A DNA stretch of 64,000 nt from assembly GCF_037042905.1 (NCBI RefSeq), contig NC_087251.1, positions 32,924,001-32,988,000 of the forward strand, in the 5' to 3' direction. The notes beneath the pieces are model-generated. The model did not search any database and was not told the origin of the DNA. It saw only the letters and a list, made by a program, of their open reading frames with translations. Positions 15,001-27,900 of the stretch are shown here, one piece after another (the stretch's first letter is position 1; the number at the start of each line of letters is the position of its first letter). The DNA is from Lytechinus pictus (taxonomy: Eukaryota). The position numbers and the translations under genes are program-made.

Positions 15001-16978
15001 TCCTCGCCCCACCCGCTACATGGAAAATTGGGCATAATTGGCCAAAATTGAGCAAAATAATATTTGTTCAATATTTCCCCCGAAACCCCCCCAAATCAGC
15101 CGTCTTCGCTCCCTGGTATGTTTTAGCATTCTAACGGATTATTACAGTGAGAATCAAGAGAATCAAGAGGATCCAGGGAGTTTGAATTTTCGACCCCCTC
15201 GCCCCACCCGCGACATGGAAAATTGGGCAAAATTGGGCAAAATTGAGCAAAATAATATTTGTTCAATATTTCCCCCGAAACCCCCCCAAATCAGCCGTCT
15301 TCGCTCCCTGGGATGTTTTAGCATCCTAACCGATTATTACAGCGAGAATCATGAGGATCCAGGGAGTTTGAATTTTTGACCCCCTCGACCCACCCGCGAC
15401 ATGGAAAATTGGGCAAAATTGGCCAAAATTGAGCAAAATAATATTTGTTCAATATTTCCCCCGAAACCCCCCCAAATCAGCCGTCTTTGCTCCCTGGGAT
15501 GTTTTAGCATCCTAACCGATTATTACAGCGAGAATCAAGAGAATCAAGAGGATCCAGGGAGTTTGAATTTTCGACCCCATCGCCCCACCCGCGACATGGA
15601 AAATTGGGCAAAATTTGACAAATTGAGTAAAATAATATTTGTTCAATATTTCCCCCGAAACCCCCCCAAATCAGCCGTCTTTGCTCCCTGGAATGTTTTA
15701 GCATCCTAACCGATTATTACAGCGAGAATCAAGAGGATCCAGGGAATTTGAATTTTCGACCCCCTCGCCCCACCCGCGACATGGAAAATTGGGCAAAACT
15801 GGCCAGAATTTAGCAAAATAATATTTGTTCAGTATTTCCCCCGAAACCCCCCGAAATCAGCCGCTTCGCTCCCTGGGATGTTTTAGCATCCTAACTGATT
15901 ATTACAGCGAGAATCAAGAGGATCCAGGAAGTTCGAATTTTCAACCCCATTGCCCCACTTGCGGCATGGAAAATTGGGCAAAATTGGCAAAAATTGAGCA
16001 AAATAATATTGTTCAATATTTCCCCCGAAACCCCCCCAAATCAGCCGTCTTCGCTCCCTGGGATGTTTTAGCATCCTAACCGATTATTACAGCGAGAATC
16101 ATGAGGATCCAGGGAGTTTGAATTTTTGACCCCCTCGCCCCACCCGCGACATGGAAAATTGGGCAAAATTGGCAAAAATTGAGCAAAATAATATTTGTTC
16201 AATATTTCCAACGAAACCCCCCCAAATCAGCAGTCTTTGCTCCCTGGGATGTTTTAGCATCCTAACCGATTATTACAGCGAGAATCAAGAGAATCAAGAG
16301 GATCCAGGGAGTTTGAATTTTCGACCCCCTCGCCCCACCTGCGACATGGAAAATTGGGCAAAATTGAGCAAAATAATATTTGTTCAATATTTCCCCCGAA
16401 ACCCCCCCAAATCAGCCGTCTTCGCTCCCTGGGATGTTTTAGCATCCTAACCGATTATTACAGCGAGAATCAAGAGGATCCAGGGAGTTTGAATTTTCGA
16501 CCCCCTCGCCCCACCCGCGACATGGAAAATTGGGCAAAATTGGCCAAAATTGAGCAAAATAATATTTGTTCAATATTTCCCCCGAAACCCCCCCAAATCA
16601 GCCGTCTTCGCTCCCTGGGATGTTTTAGCATCCTAACCGATTATTACAGCAAGAATCAAGATGATCCAGGGAGTTTGAATTTTCGACCCCCTCGCCCCAC
16701 CCGCGACATGGAAAATTGGCCAAAATTGAGCAAAATAATTTTTGTTTAATATTGCCCCCTAACCCCCCCAAATCAGCCGTCTTCGCTCCCTGGGATGTTT
16801 TAGCATCCTAACCGATTATTACAGCGAGAATCAAGAAGATCCAGGGAGTTTGAATTTTCGACCCCCTCGCCCCATCCGCGACATGGAAAATTGGGCAAAA
16901 TTGAGAAAAATAATTTTTGTTTAATATTGCCCCCGAAACCCCCCCAAATCAGCCGTCTTCGCTCCCTGGAATGTTTTA
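1..16978. repeat. Tandem satellite array, ~186-bp monomer, ~90 copies, continues beyond the window start
   Basis: Monomer GAGTTTGAATTTTCGACCCCCTCGCCCCACCCGCGACATGGAAAATTGGGCAAAATTGGCCAAAATTGAGCAAAATAATATTTGTTCAATATTTCCCCCGAAACCCCCCCAAATCAGCCGTCTTCGCTCCCTGGGATGTTTTAGCATCCTAACCGATTATTACAGCGAGAATCAAGAGGATCCAGG repeats head to tail, giving a 62-aa period in the ORF track. It ends abruptly at ...GGAATGTTTTA|CATGTAGG. Confidence 0.98.
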
Positions 16979-18337
16979 CATGTAGGTTTTATAGGAAAGA
17001 AAATTGTAGGCCCTATAATTCTATATACAAAACTTAGGGATTTTCTTCACTTCAAATTGCCAAGTTTTTTTTCTAAAAACAACACCCCTTTAATAATTGA
17101 TCTAAAAATCCTCTTTACAGTAAATAGGTAAAAGAAATAGAATACAGTATGAAAAATTCTTCATAACAGTCACCAAGAGAATTTCAATTATCATGGTTAT
17201 TTTTATCCACAGATCAGAAACCAAATCCTGTAGTTACCGGTAATGGAAATGCTTTTTCTCCAAGCATATTATTTGTGCACTGGTTTGAAAATTGATAGAA
17301 AGGCATTTGATAAGATATTTAACCTGTAAAACAAATCAAAGTACTAAAATGTGTGTACATCCTCAGAAGTGTATTAAACTTATCAAACAGATAGCTTGTC
17401 TACAGGGCAGCGGCCAGCTCTCAGAGAATACATTCAAATCAGAAAACACAAAAGAGGATACATAAATCAATTTTTTGTTGACTGCCTGTTCAACTTATTG
17501 TTTTTGTTAAAAATTGGAAGAGTCTAAAATATCCATCAAAGAGGTACGTTAATATCTATATTAGATATTAACATACAATATAGTCATCAGTCTTATCAGA
17601 CAGTGTTTGACTTAATTAATTCAGTGTGTTTTTTTTTCTTTTATTCCCCTTCTTTCCCTTCCTGTTCAGTAGTCTCCAGTCTTCGTTAGCACAGAGGGTG
17701 ACCCAGGATTTTCTGAATTATATTATCACCTTTATTACACACCAACCACTTCGGGTTTTTTTTTTAACAAAGAGGGACCCCCCACTCACTTCTAGGGTCT
17801 TATACTTTACATGTTATTGTAGTGCACATCTACCAACTGATAAATCTTGACTAGATCTAGGCCTCTACCCCTGGCAATAGAAAACAGTATTATAATTTAT
17901 ATCCCTTATTTAAGATTGTTGTATTGAGAGTGTACACAAGGAGAAAAAGAATAGTTTTACTACGAAAAACGGTTGCCATGAAATAGTTCATTTTCCTTGC
18001 TGACGTCATGCATAGTCCATTTTTTCCCTAGGGAAAAAGTGAACTATACGTTTTTTGACCCCGCCCCCTACTCGATTCGCGAGCTGTGCGGCGCGATGCG
18101 AGCAGAGCGCTGCTCAGCCCAACGGTACTCTCTACTGCATGCCACGGGAAACTTTCGGCGAGCTGCACTAACCAGGTTCGCTCGCTGAACAGACGATCAA
18201 TACGACAAGGCTTATTGTTTTCTCAACTTCTCAACGATTGTTCCATCATCGACTTATTAAAAATCGTTTTGCTGTAAAAGTCGGGTATCAACAAAGAATA
18301 TCGTATGAAGAATATATATGAGTGGAAGGGATATAAA

Positions 18338-18503
18338 ACAAATATACAATGACCCATTCTCGGAACTGGCTAAAACTATTTGCACTTAGGAACATCACAT
18401 AGTACTATTCTCCCTCGGGCCGATGGCCCTCGGGAGAATAGTACTGATGTTCCTTCGATGCGAATAGTTTTAGCCAGATCCTCGAGTGTCATTGTATATT
18501 TGT
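18338..18503. repeat. Long imperfect palindrome, probably the end of a non-autonomous element starting near 17930
   Basis: Arms ACAAATATACAATGAC..CTGGCTAAAACTATT..GGAACATCA..AGTACTATTCTCCC and GGGAGAATAGTACTGATGTTCC..AATAGTTTTAGCCAG..GTCATTGTATATTTGT surround the centre CCCTCGGGCCGATGGCCCTCGGG. Confidence 0.8.
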
Positions 18504-20137
18504 ATAATATTAGAGCTACACTACCCTATTCCATAGCTCTATCATAAACCCAGGGGGCTCCACCACCAAAGCGAAGGCAGCGGAGGCCCCATCTCCCGAA
18601 GGTCTAAGTTAGAACCTACACATGTACTACATGTACTGGATTCTATTTGAATTTTAATGTCAGAGTTAAAAAGTCAGGTTTAAGATAAGACATAGAAGAG
18701 ATCTAGAGTAACATTTGTGGTTCTAGTAGATCTATAATGTTAGCTTACTAATGATGTAAAGACAGTTTCAATCTTGGGCCCTAGAATAGACTAATTACAA
18801 GCGATTGCTCGTATTGCCTGAGCTAGATATCTATCCTAGATCTCTTGTATTGCTAAACTAGATTAGGTCCTGCATTAGGTCTCGATTTTGATCTATAAAG
18901 CATGAATGGAAGGAGCCCCAGCCAGACCCAGTCCAGGGGCAGGGCTGCACCACCCCATTCCCTGGCCAGGACCAAGGTCCAAACCGGGGTAGGCCTAGAC
19001 TAAAGTAGTAATGGTAGGGCCAGCTCAGCTCATCCAAAATTTCTTAGATCAACAAGACAACAGTTAGATCTAGACTAAGTCTAAATTAGACGCTTAGTCC
19101 TAGATAGAAAACTATCTACTGTAAATCTAGACTAGGAGTTAAAAGGGGCCAAGCAAGTACTTGCTAGGGCCTGGCCCTGCATGGCCATGCCTATTTCATG
19201 CTTTTTTTTAAATCTCCGAACAGTTAAGTTAGGGCCTACATAGTCATAGTCATAGATAGGCTCAGCCCAACTTATTTAGGCCTGTGCTTGGCCCTAACTT
19301 CCGGCTAGGCCTAGAAATAGTCGAGGGCCTGGCTCTAACGGTCAGTGAGTGATAGAGTAAATTTTGTATAGGTAGACTCTAATCTAAAGAGAGGGTCTAG
19401 TCTAATCTAGACTAGGCCTAACGTTAGAACTTGGATCTAGGCCTAGTATTAGAATTTTCCAGGAAGGGCAGGGGTGCTCCTACGGCCGGGCCTAACATCG
19501 TTAGGTTTAAAATCAATGAAAATGTCCTGAAGGTTAATTAAAACTTTTTTTCTGTCAGTGTTGATTCCATGCATTATGATTAAGCCATTATTTGTCTGTG
19601 TCAGACGCCGGAACCTCCGCTCCGGCTAGCACTGCCGGCGTTGTACGGCTAAAAGCAGCCGGGGAGCATCCGAGCAATTATTGCATAAAATTGACGGCGA
19701 TAATAATTCATTTAAAAGATCTATTTATACTTTGAAACTTTGAATTCTGATCAGAACGTGAGATATATCTATTAAGCTACGATATATAGCAATGATCTTT
19801 GGATACATACCAAAATATGCCTCTATCCCGTCAAAATGGGAAGTCGAAGACACTTTCTCGCACGAACTTGATTTATGGTCAATTATGGGGCTAATCATTG
19901 TTAAGGGCATCCTTGCGCAATGTTGCCAGCGCGAACCACCAGCTCAAACTTTTTGACATGTCGTGTAATAAGACATGGAAATTAAATATTCTGAGCTGGT
20001 TTTGCAATCATGAAAAAGATGTGTATCTAACTAAAAAATAACTGTACGCTCGCTATTTTTTTTATATACTGACCAGTAAAGGAAGCAGTTAATTACTGCA
20101 TTTTAAATAGGATACATAACTCACCAATAAAAATAAT

Positions 20138-20530
20138 GCGAGCGCAAAGCGCGAGCTCAAAAATATGTGATATTCCAACATGAAAACTGGACATTCTAAG
20201 TATTTTTTGTGAACGGGAAGAGAACGAGTACAATAATTGATGCGAGTGCAGGAAGCGAGCCAAAAAATTGTGATATTCCAACCATAAAGCAACATTCTAT
20301 ACATTTTTGTAACCATGAGCAGGATTAGTACTGTACTAAACAATAATTGGTGCAAGCCGCGATTCAAAATCTGTGATTTTCGAACCTAAAATGTATTATG
20401 TTTTATTATTAAAGAAGGTATATTTATTTTTAAAAAAGGGCATATTTCATTTGGAAAAAGAAATCCTACAGGGATTTGGGGGGGGGGGGGGGGTGCAAGA
20501 GAGCACAAAGCGCAAGCTAAAATTTTCAAA
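20138..20530. repeat. Degenerate short repeats built on a GCGAGCGCAAAGCGCGAGC-like motif
   Basis: Related motifs near 20138, 20241, 20350 and 20500; the first three are followed by A-run..TGTGAT(A/T)TT(C/T)C. Confidence 0.45.
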
Positions 20531-20910
20531 TGCTTAAACTGAAAATGAGTCATTTTTACGATTCTTGTCAGTTTTCATATTTTTTTTTTGCTTACAACCA
20601 CTTTTAAATTTCAATTCTCATTTCTTGTATCTTCTACACTTATTTCACCTTAAAAAAACAGAATAAAGAATACTAACAAAATAAAGTTATATTCAAAAGG
20701 ATATAAAATAAACAGGGCGCACACCATATCCTTAGTTGGGAGAGGGTAAATCTTAATTATTTCTTTAAACAGTCCTTAATTATTAATACTTATTGATAAT
20801 ATCAATAATTATTGATTATTCAATTATTATTTTTGTATTAATTATTATTTCTTGAAACTATATTGACACAAAACAAATACGTTGTTTATTTCATTGAAAC
20901 TGTAGAGACA

Positions 20911-21164
20911 TGAAATTCACTACCTTGAGGAATTCCAATACTACTTCATCTTTTAAAACTAACTTAAAAACCTACTTGTTTAACACTGCATTCTGAAGAT
21001 CGACAGGCATTCATTTATCTATTTCAACTTGTATTTTTCTTGTTCTAGTTCACTTGTTTCTTACATTAAATTATAATTCTAGCTCCTCTTTTTCAAGCGC
21101 CTTGAGCATTTCAACAAAGTGGATAATGGCGCTATATAAATCTCATGTATTATTATTATTATTA
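20911..21164 (+). mobile_element. 5'-truncated LINE 3' end (L2/CR1-group-like)
   Basis: Degenerate translation (W>stop)NSLP...SSFKTNLKTYLF, typical of L2/CR1 ORF2 C-termini. It is followed by AGCGCCTTGAGCAT..GCGCTATATAAAT and a (TAT)n tail. Confidence 0.65.
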
Positions 21165-21877
21165 TGTAAATTTGACTGAAAAAAAGGTTTCACAACAAAA
21201 TTAAGGTCGTTTTGGTGCCAAGAAATTTGATAAGCCAAAAAATGGGTTTCAACACAAGATGTTGGTCATTTTCCATACATTTCTCTTATAATTATGTGAC
21301 ACATGCACCTATACCAAAATTCTGGAGTGCTGCCCCCGTGCTGCCTATGGAAAATAATACACGCAGCATCCCCTGGGAAAACCTTGGGGGTGCTTCAGCT
21401 TCAGCACCCCCAGCAAACTGCTTCCCAGGTCCATGCCCCCGGGCTTTTGCCTTGCCAGCCCCTTTTTTTGGGAGGGGGGGGGGGGGGGTTCGAGTGTCTC
21501 ATACCCGGTCTCATAGTCATACCCCTCACTCGCTGCTATAGCTAGCTGTGCCAAAGTTTGCAGCATGTGTTTCTTGTTTTACAGTTTCTAATGAGATAGG
21601 TAGCCTACTGAAAGCGTCTAGGCTTTTCCAAGGCTTATTAGTCCTAAATTAAAGTGATGCTAAGTATCTCTCTTTTGCTCAAGAGTTGCCATCACGCACA
21701 CAGCACATATATGAAATTCAAATAATTATTCGCATAAAAAAATATATTTTCTTTCCTTTATTAGAAAAATTTCACTTTTTTAAAGAAGTAATGTGACTTT
21801 AATGTTATTAATTTTCACATACTGGCTTGAAGAAAAGCTAAATATTTTTAGGTTAGTGAAAATTTGTTTAGAGAAAT

Positions 21878-21892
21878 GATCCAGAAGCTTCG
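21878..21892 (+). promoter_or_regulatory. Imperfect heat-shock element (gATCcaGAAgcTTCg) just upstream of the STIP1 start
   Basis: One mismatch to nTTCnnGAAnnTTCn, ~33 bp before the ATG. STIP1 genes are HSF targets in other animals. Confidence 0.35.
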
Positions 21893-21924
21893 GAGCAGCT
21901 TAGGAACAATCGTATACGGGAAAC

Positions 21925-21936
21925 ATGGCAGACGAG
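21925..21936 (+). CDS. STIP1: STIP1 putative coding exon 1 (MADE)
   Basis: Strong Kozak context AAACATGG; ATG GCA GAC GAG|GTAATA phase-0 donor matches the phase-0 acceptor at 25015; CpG-containing surroundings. Confidence 0.65.
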
Positions 21937-24900
21937 GTAATATATGTGCAATATTTTCGCATTTCAACCATTGTAGAATAAGTGAAGACGTAGATGATTT
22001 ATTTACGATTTTAAGGTTGATAATTGAATATAAAGTTTTAATTTCATTATCGTGAAATAAAAGAAACCCGCGTTAAATTCGTTAGCGCTCTTCGCAATCG
22101 CACTCGCAGATTGAATTGCAGTGCATTGCATGCAGTGCAGATTTCGCATCCACAGACTGACACAGTCGTCTGTAGCCAGGCGGCTTCTAACTTTTTAGAC
22201 TAGAGAGTAAACTAAAAGTCATTTACTTACGTAAGGTTACTCTCCTATGAAGCCAGGCAGTCCTCCCCATTCATCTGCGTGTACCGCATAAACCCTGAAA
22301 CTTTCGCCCCCGAGATTTCTACTTTCCTTCTAAAAGATCTAGCTCTAAATCATGTATGGCAGTGAGTCCAAACTTCGCGCGTGTCCATACTTCGCGGACG
22401 GTCATTATCTAAAAAACTAGCCAATATCCTTAAAATCTGACATCATCAACGTGAAAAGCGACCTAAAATTACCCTTTGGTGTAAATTTCTTTAGGATGAG
22501 TTCAGTATTCATGAAAATATTGGCAAAAGATCGGCAAATTTGTCACCGTTAGCGCCCGTTTTGAAGAAATCTGATATTCTCAACAAGCATCACGATATCA
22601 CCATTTTGCAAGCAGAAATCATCAAAAATGTGAGTTAAATGTGGTACTAACCGATTCTATAACATTTTGCCATCAATCTGATATAAATATTTCACTTTTT
22701 GAGCTTGAGTTTTTGTTTAAATGTCCACAAAAACTTTGGTCCGCGAAGTTAGGTCACACTTTTTCTGAACGGTTTTCCAGCACAGCGCGCATTCGCCGAT
22801 CGGAATAGATTTTTGAGATCGCGATACCGGCGAATCCCCTTGACCTACTTTAAATTTTCGTCCATGATTTTATAGTTTACGATCTTGCCGTCAATGTGGT
22901 AACTATTTCTTGAATTGGTTTTGTATAAATTATGAATATTTTGTGAAAAAATTTAAGCCTGATGAATATTTTTGAAAAGTGCGCGAAGTTTGGACACCCC
23001 ATCATAAATGGGATAAAAACTTCATTTCCGACATTTCTACGCTCTCGTTATTTTTAAAACAAGAATTCATCAAAAAAATGAAAAAATATTGTGAAAAGAC
23101 GGAAGAGACTTGCCCGATGTTTACGCCGCCATCTTGTTTCTTATTGTACTTCCCCAACGTTACGCGACGCTCGCGTCCGTAACGGGTGGGTAGCAGTCCA
23201 TGTGAAGAGTGACCCCCCCCGGTACCGTCCTCATCATTAGTACTTAGTAATAGTAGAGTTTATCCATCATAGGGTCAGCAGTACCGCTTGTCTGCCCACA
23301 CCTTGTCTAGCCTTATTTTGAAACTGTTCACCTGTAAAAGCAATCTTTAGAAGTTGTGTTTTGTTAAATTCATTTTTTTAAAAGTTGTTGCAAGTGCAAA
23401 AATGTTGAATTTTGTGAATGTACCTGTGTATAGAATCAATCAGATGACAATAAGATTAAATTATTTCATGGAAAAATACATCGTAATATTACAGTGAGTG
23501 AATGAATATTGATAAAAATATTTTATGAAATAATTTGGGCTCTGAATTTGTTTGAAAAATAAAAAGTGAAATTCTAGCTAACCCTTTTAATTGCTAACTG
23601 TACGTTCTCAACCTTATTTTTTATACATAAATAGGTGCATATCTTAATTTCTTTACCGCACAGGATGCTTGCAATAGCAAAGCTTTACTGTTGGGGACAT
23701 TAAATGTGTCAATTTTTTGCGCATTGTAAATTCGCAAAATCTGTGAATATAAAACGCCCGCAAAAATAACAGCTTATAATATCTGCAAAGCTGCTGCATA
23801 CTGCATGGTCTGTGTTGAGTCTATGCAAATTGCGAGTCCATGCAACACACAATCCGTGCAGTTTTTTGCACATCATTGTAAATTTTTTAATAAATATTTT
23901 ATCTGCTTTTCATCCTTATTGCCTTATCGTGATATTCACCTCCTTTTTTTATGTGTGTTGTATGTGCTCTTGCCTCTCGGTTTACTCTTTGACTTGACTC
24001 TGAGTTTGAAATCGATGTATGATTTCACAGCCACTGAACTAGGGAAATCAGGTCACAGAATCTAGCACTCCCTTAGTACTCTATACGGTGCCGTCTACAG
24101 ATATCAGTGGATGGGTGGGGGGGGGTGAAAAAACTGTCCACATAACAACAATCTCAATATTATCAAGACATGATTTATTTTTGTTTATGAGGATATCCTA
24201 GCTTTCTGGGACGATCCTCATTTTTGGTTGAATGCCTCTACTGAGCTGATGATAATGCCATTAAAAGGATACTCTGGGCCCGAGAAAATATCAAAATAAA
24301 TAGAATAAACTTCACTGAGCAAAACACTGAAAATTCCACCGAAATGTGATGAAATAACATAAATATTGAATTTTAAAATTTAGCAGTATTATGTTTGAAC
24401 AGTTATATGCACTGTTATGAATATGGAAATAGTTGGGCTGATGATGTAATGTCTCCACTTTTCATTATTGTTATTACCAGGGCCGAGTCAAAACGTTTAA
24501 ACGATGTTCAAACGACTGTTAAAAGCATCAATGGTTTTCTATTTTGACAAATGCTTAACTGTATATAGCCAGTCTTGGTCTACACCAAGGCAGAACTGAC
24601 TTCAACTGAGTATTCTAAGGGCTTTAGATGTATTCTTCTGCCCTATCAAAATTCTCTTGACTCTTTATCGAATCTTTAGACAGGCTTGAAGGCGCATAGC
24701 ATTCAAGCGTGAATAGGAAATTAATTTAGCCTAGGGCCAAGGCATATGAACAATTGTAGGAGGAGCTGTTTGTGCCAGAAAATAAAGCATTTATCCACTA
24801 GATCAAGAGAAAATATGCATTAGAATTGGCATTGCATTGGTATCCACTTCTACCTCCTTAAGTTCTGATTTTGGTCTTGCTCTGCTTCCATTTTACTTCG

Positions 24901-27900
24901 TAGAAGGGGGCCCAAATATGTCTGCACCATGTGCGTGAGCCTATCCAAAATTGGACTTCAGATTAAACGTGTTTTTTATTTTACCTGACAAGTATTTGAT
25001 ACTCCCATTACCAGGCTTTGAAACTGAAGGAGCAAGGGAACGCTGAATACAAGAAGAAGAATTTTGATAAAGCCATTGAACTCTATACCCAAGCCTTTGA
25101 AAAAGATGGAACTAACATCTCATATATCACAAACAGAGCTGGTAAGTAAAATGAGACCCTTTAGTTGCTAATTATGAAACTTTTTTTCCTAGTGTCAGTT
25201 TGAAATGGATTAGGCCTTATGCAATCTTCAGTTTTTAATATTTGTATTTTTGCCTTTGACAAATGTTCCAAGAATACATCCAAAATTTAGTTTTTAGAGC
25301 AAATGATACAGACCTTTTCTTAAAAGAAGTGAAAAATGTAATCACAATATTATTTCAGGAGCTATATGCAAAGTAAGAATAAGTGGTAGACTCAAGAGCT
25401 AGTTACAATTTTGCATTAATGTAATTTCATTTAGAAATGAATGTTTGCATGCAACCATGCTGTAATTAATTCACACATATTTTCACCAGCAAGCAAGTTT
25501 CAGGTGATTTGTATCCTGATTGAGATGAGTGGACAATGTTGTAATTGACCTTATTTTTCTTTTGACGACAGCTGCACATTTTGAGAAAGGAGATTACACG
25601 TTATGCAGGGAGGATTGTTTGAAAGCAGTAGAAGTTGGCAGAGAGAATCGAGCTGACTTTAAAATGATTGCTAAGTAAGAATTCTTCTATCTTTCAACCA
25701 TTTTGCAAGTTTGGTATTGATAATGATGCTGTTAATATTAATTTATGTAGTTTTTAATAACTACTTGTATATAGGCATGCAATAAATCTAAGACTTTCTT
25801 AATAACCTAATAACACTCATTTATTCAACTGTTCATTGCATTTCAGAGCTTTTTCAAGAATAGCATCGTCATATACCAAAGAAGATGATCTAAAAAATGC
25901 AATGCTTTATTACGACAAGTCTCTAGCAGAGAATAGAATCCCGGATACACTGAAGAAGAGACAAGAGGTAAACTATATACCAAAGTGACAGTTCCTTCTT
26001 CATTTTTTTTTTTCGATAATGCTTTTTCTTGATTTTAGTTTTGTTAGGTTAGAATCACATTCAGTCAGGATATGTTATTTTTAGTTCAAGGAGCTTGCTT
26101 TCTTTGTTAGAATATATTTTTGGGTTGGTTGTCTATTTTGAAATAAATAATCTTCCTTGAAAAGTATATGGCTAACGGCAATTTGAGGAATATGAGACTT
26201 GAATGGGTGTACATGTAATTTGAAATTGGCTATATATGTGATGTGGAAGGGTGATTGTTTCTGTGTATGGGGGGGGGGGGGGGGTTAACTACTATCTGAG
26301 AGTACAAGCAAATGGCCCCTTTATGGAATTAGAGCAACAATCATGTATGTATTCAAGGAAGTCAAATGCCTGCCATTGTCATTCTTGACTCACCTTGTTT
26401 TTCCTCATTTGTACCAACGGTACTGTCTTGGCCTTATTTTTAGTTCGCAACGGGCAAGTTCAGGAACTTGGAAACATAGTGGATATATATAATTCACATA
26501 TAAAATTAATAAAAGGCACTAGTGGTAAGTGCAATTTGCCAGTCAGTCAGTCAGTTCTAATCTAATCTAGAAAAGGCCCCTGTTACAGGAAATAATAATG
26601 TTATCCTACTTTACTTCCAAAGATGATTATCATATTTGTATTGCTTGTAGGTTGAGAAGAAGCTGAAGGAAGCAGAGAGATTGGCCTACATCAATCCTGA
26701 GAAATCAGAAGAAGAGAAGGCCTCAGGGAATGCTGCATTTAAAATAGGTTTGTGGCCATATATCTAAGTCGCATTTAAAGGGGAAGTTCACCCTGAAAAA
26801 AAGTTTATTGTAAAAATAGCAGAATAAATGATAAAAATAATAGCAAAGGTTTGAGGAAAATCCTTTGAAAAAAAGTTGTTAAAATTTCAATCATTTAATT
26901 TGTGACGTCATAAGTGAGCAGCTTTCCTACATGTCGTATGGTAAAAACCAATGAAATATTGTTTCCTTGAGAAAATTGAAAATGGTTTTTATTGTACCTT
27001 CAGTATATCAATACACAAATGATTTCACACCCGCTCCTAAAAAGAATATTAAAAGTAAGTCATCACCAACCATTAAAAGTTTGAATTTATGCATTTTACA
27101 TTACATAAAATATGGGGCAGCTACTTGTTTATGACGTTGCAAATAAAAACTGGAAATTCTAATAACTTTCGTAATCTTTAATGGATTTTCCTCAAACCTT
27201 CGCCAATATTTTTTGTTTTTTCTGCTATTTTTACAACAAAGTTTTTGTCAGGGTGAACTTAAAAAAAGTAAATTCTCAGAGAGTGAAATGCAGTGATTTT
27301 TTTCCTGAAATGAAAGGTTCTAATTACAAATCACTTTGTCCAATCTCGTTGGACTACTGGTCCCTTACAGTTGCGATTGATACAAATCAAACCAAAATTG
27401 ATCTTAAATTGTATTAAATATGCAAATTTAGATCAATTGCAAGTTGAGATTTATCTATCACAATGTTTTGTGAGACAGGGCCCAGATACCTATTGAACTT
27501 TATTTATGAGAAGTTATAGCACAGCGCTTCTCAACCTTTTTTATCCTCGAGGACCACCTCGACTCTCAAATTGTTTTTCAAGGCCCACCTACCAAAATCT
27601 TAAGTAAACGTCCATTTTGATGAAAAAATATGATTCGTGAAAATTGAAGGCACATCTCTGGAGCCCATTTGTAACAAACAGTTTGAGAACTAATCTGCAT
27701 TCCAAATGTCCGGTAACTGGGCGACAATTAACTACATAAACAATATGCATGCACATGAGGTTCACATCAAAGTTAGATCGAAACCATCATAGTGTGCATG
27801 TGCATGCTTTGAACATGTATGATTATCATACCGAAGCGTATAACTTCTGAAGGTTTCCATGGCGAAGAAGAATAGTGTAGTAGGTCCTGAGGACGACAAG

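Noticed and set aside
38..16749. Repetitive ORFs up to 344 aa (MENWAKLAKIEQNNICSIFPPKPPQ...) as a repeat-protein gene
   Set aside because: They arise because the 186-bp monomer is a multiple of 3 with one stop-free frame. Frequent homopolymer indels, 10/11-bp deletions and recurrent CGA>TGA stops show no coding constraint.
1..16978. CRISPR-like array
   Set aside because: There are no unique spacers, whole monomers repeat, the context is eukaryotic and no cas genes are present.
17213..17543. Exon-like segment with a good acceptor (TTTTATCCACAG) and donor (GAG|GTACGT) on the + strand
   Set aside because: Stops in all three frames and no TPR similarity; a non-coding exon cannot be supported without transcript data.
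23664..23730. Possible degenerate TPR1 exon ([11 protein letters not shown]) after an acceptor-like site in STIP1 intron 1
   Set aside because: Similarity is too weak, the frame stops quickly, and the sequence runs into what looks like a repeat remnant.
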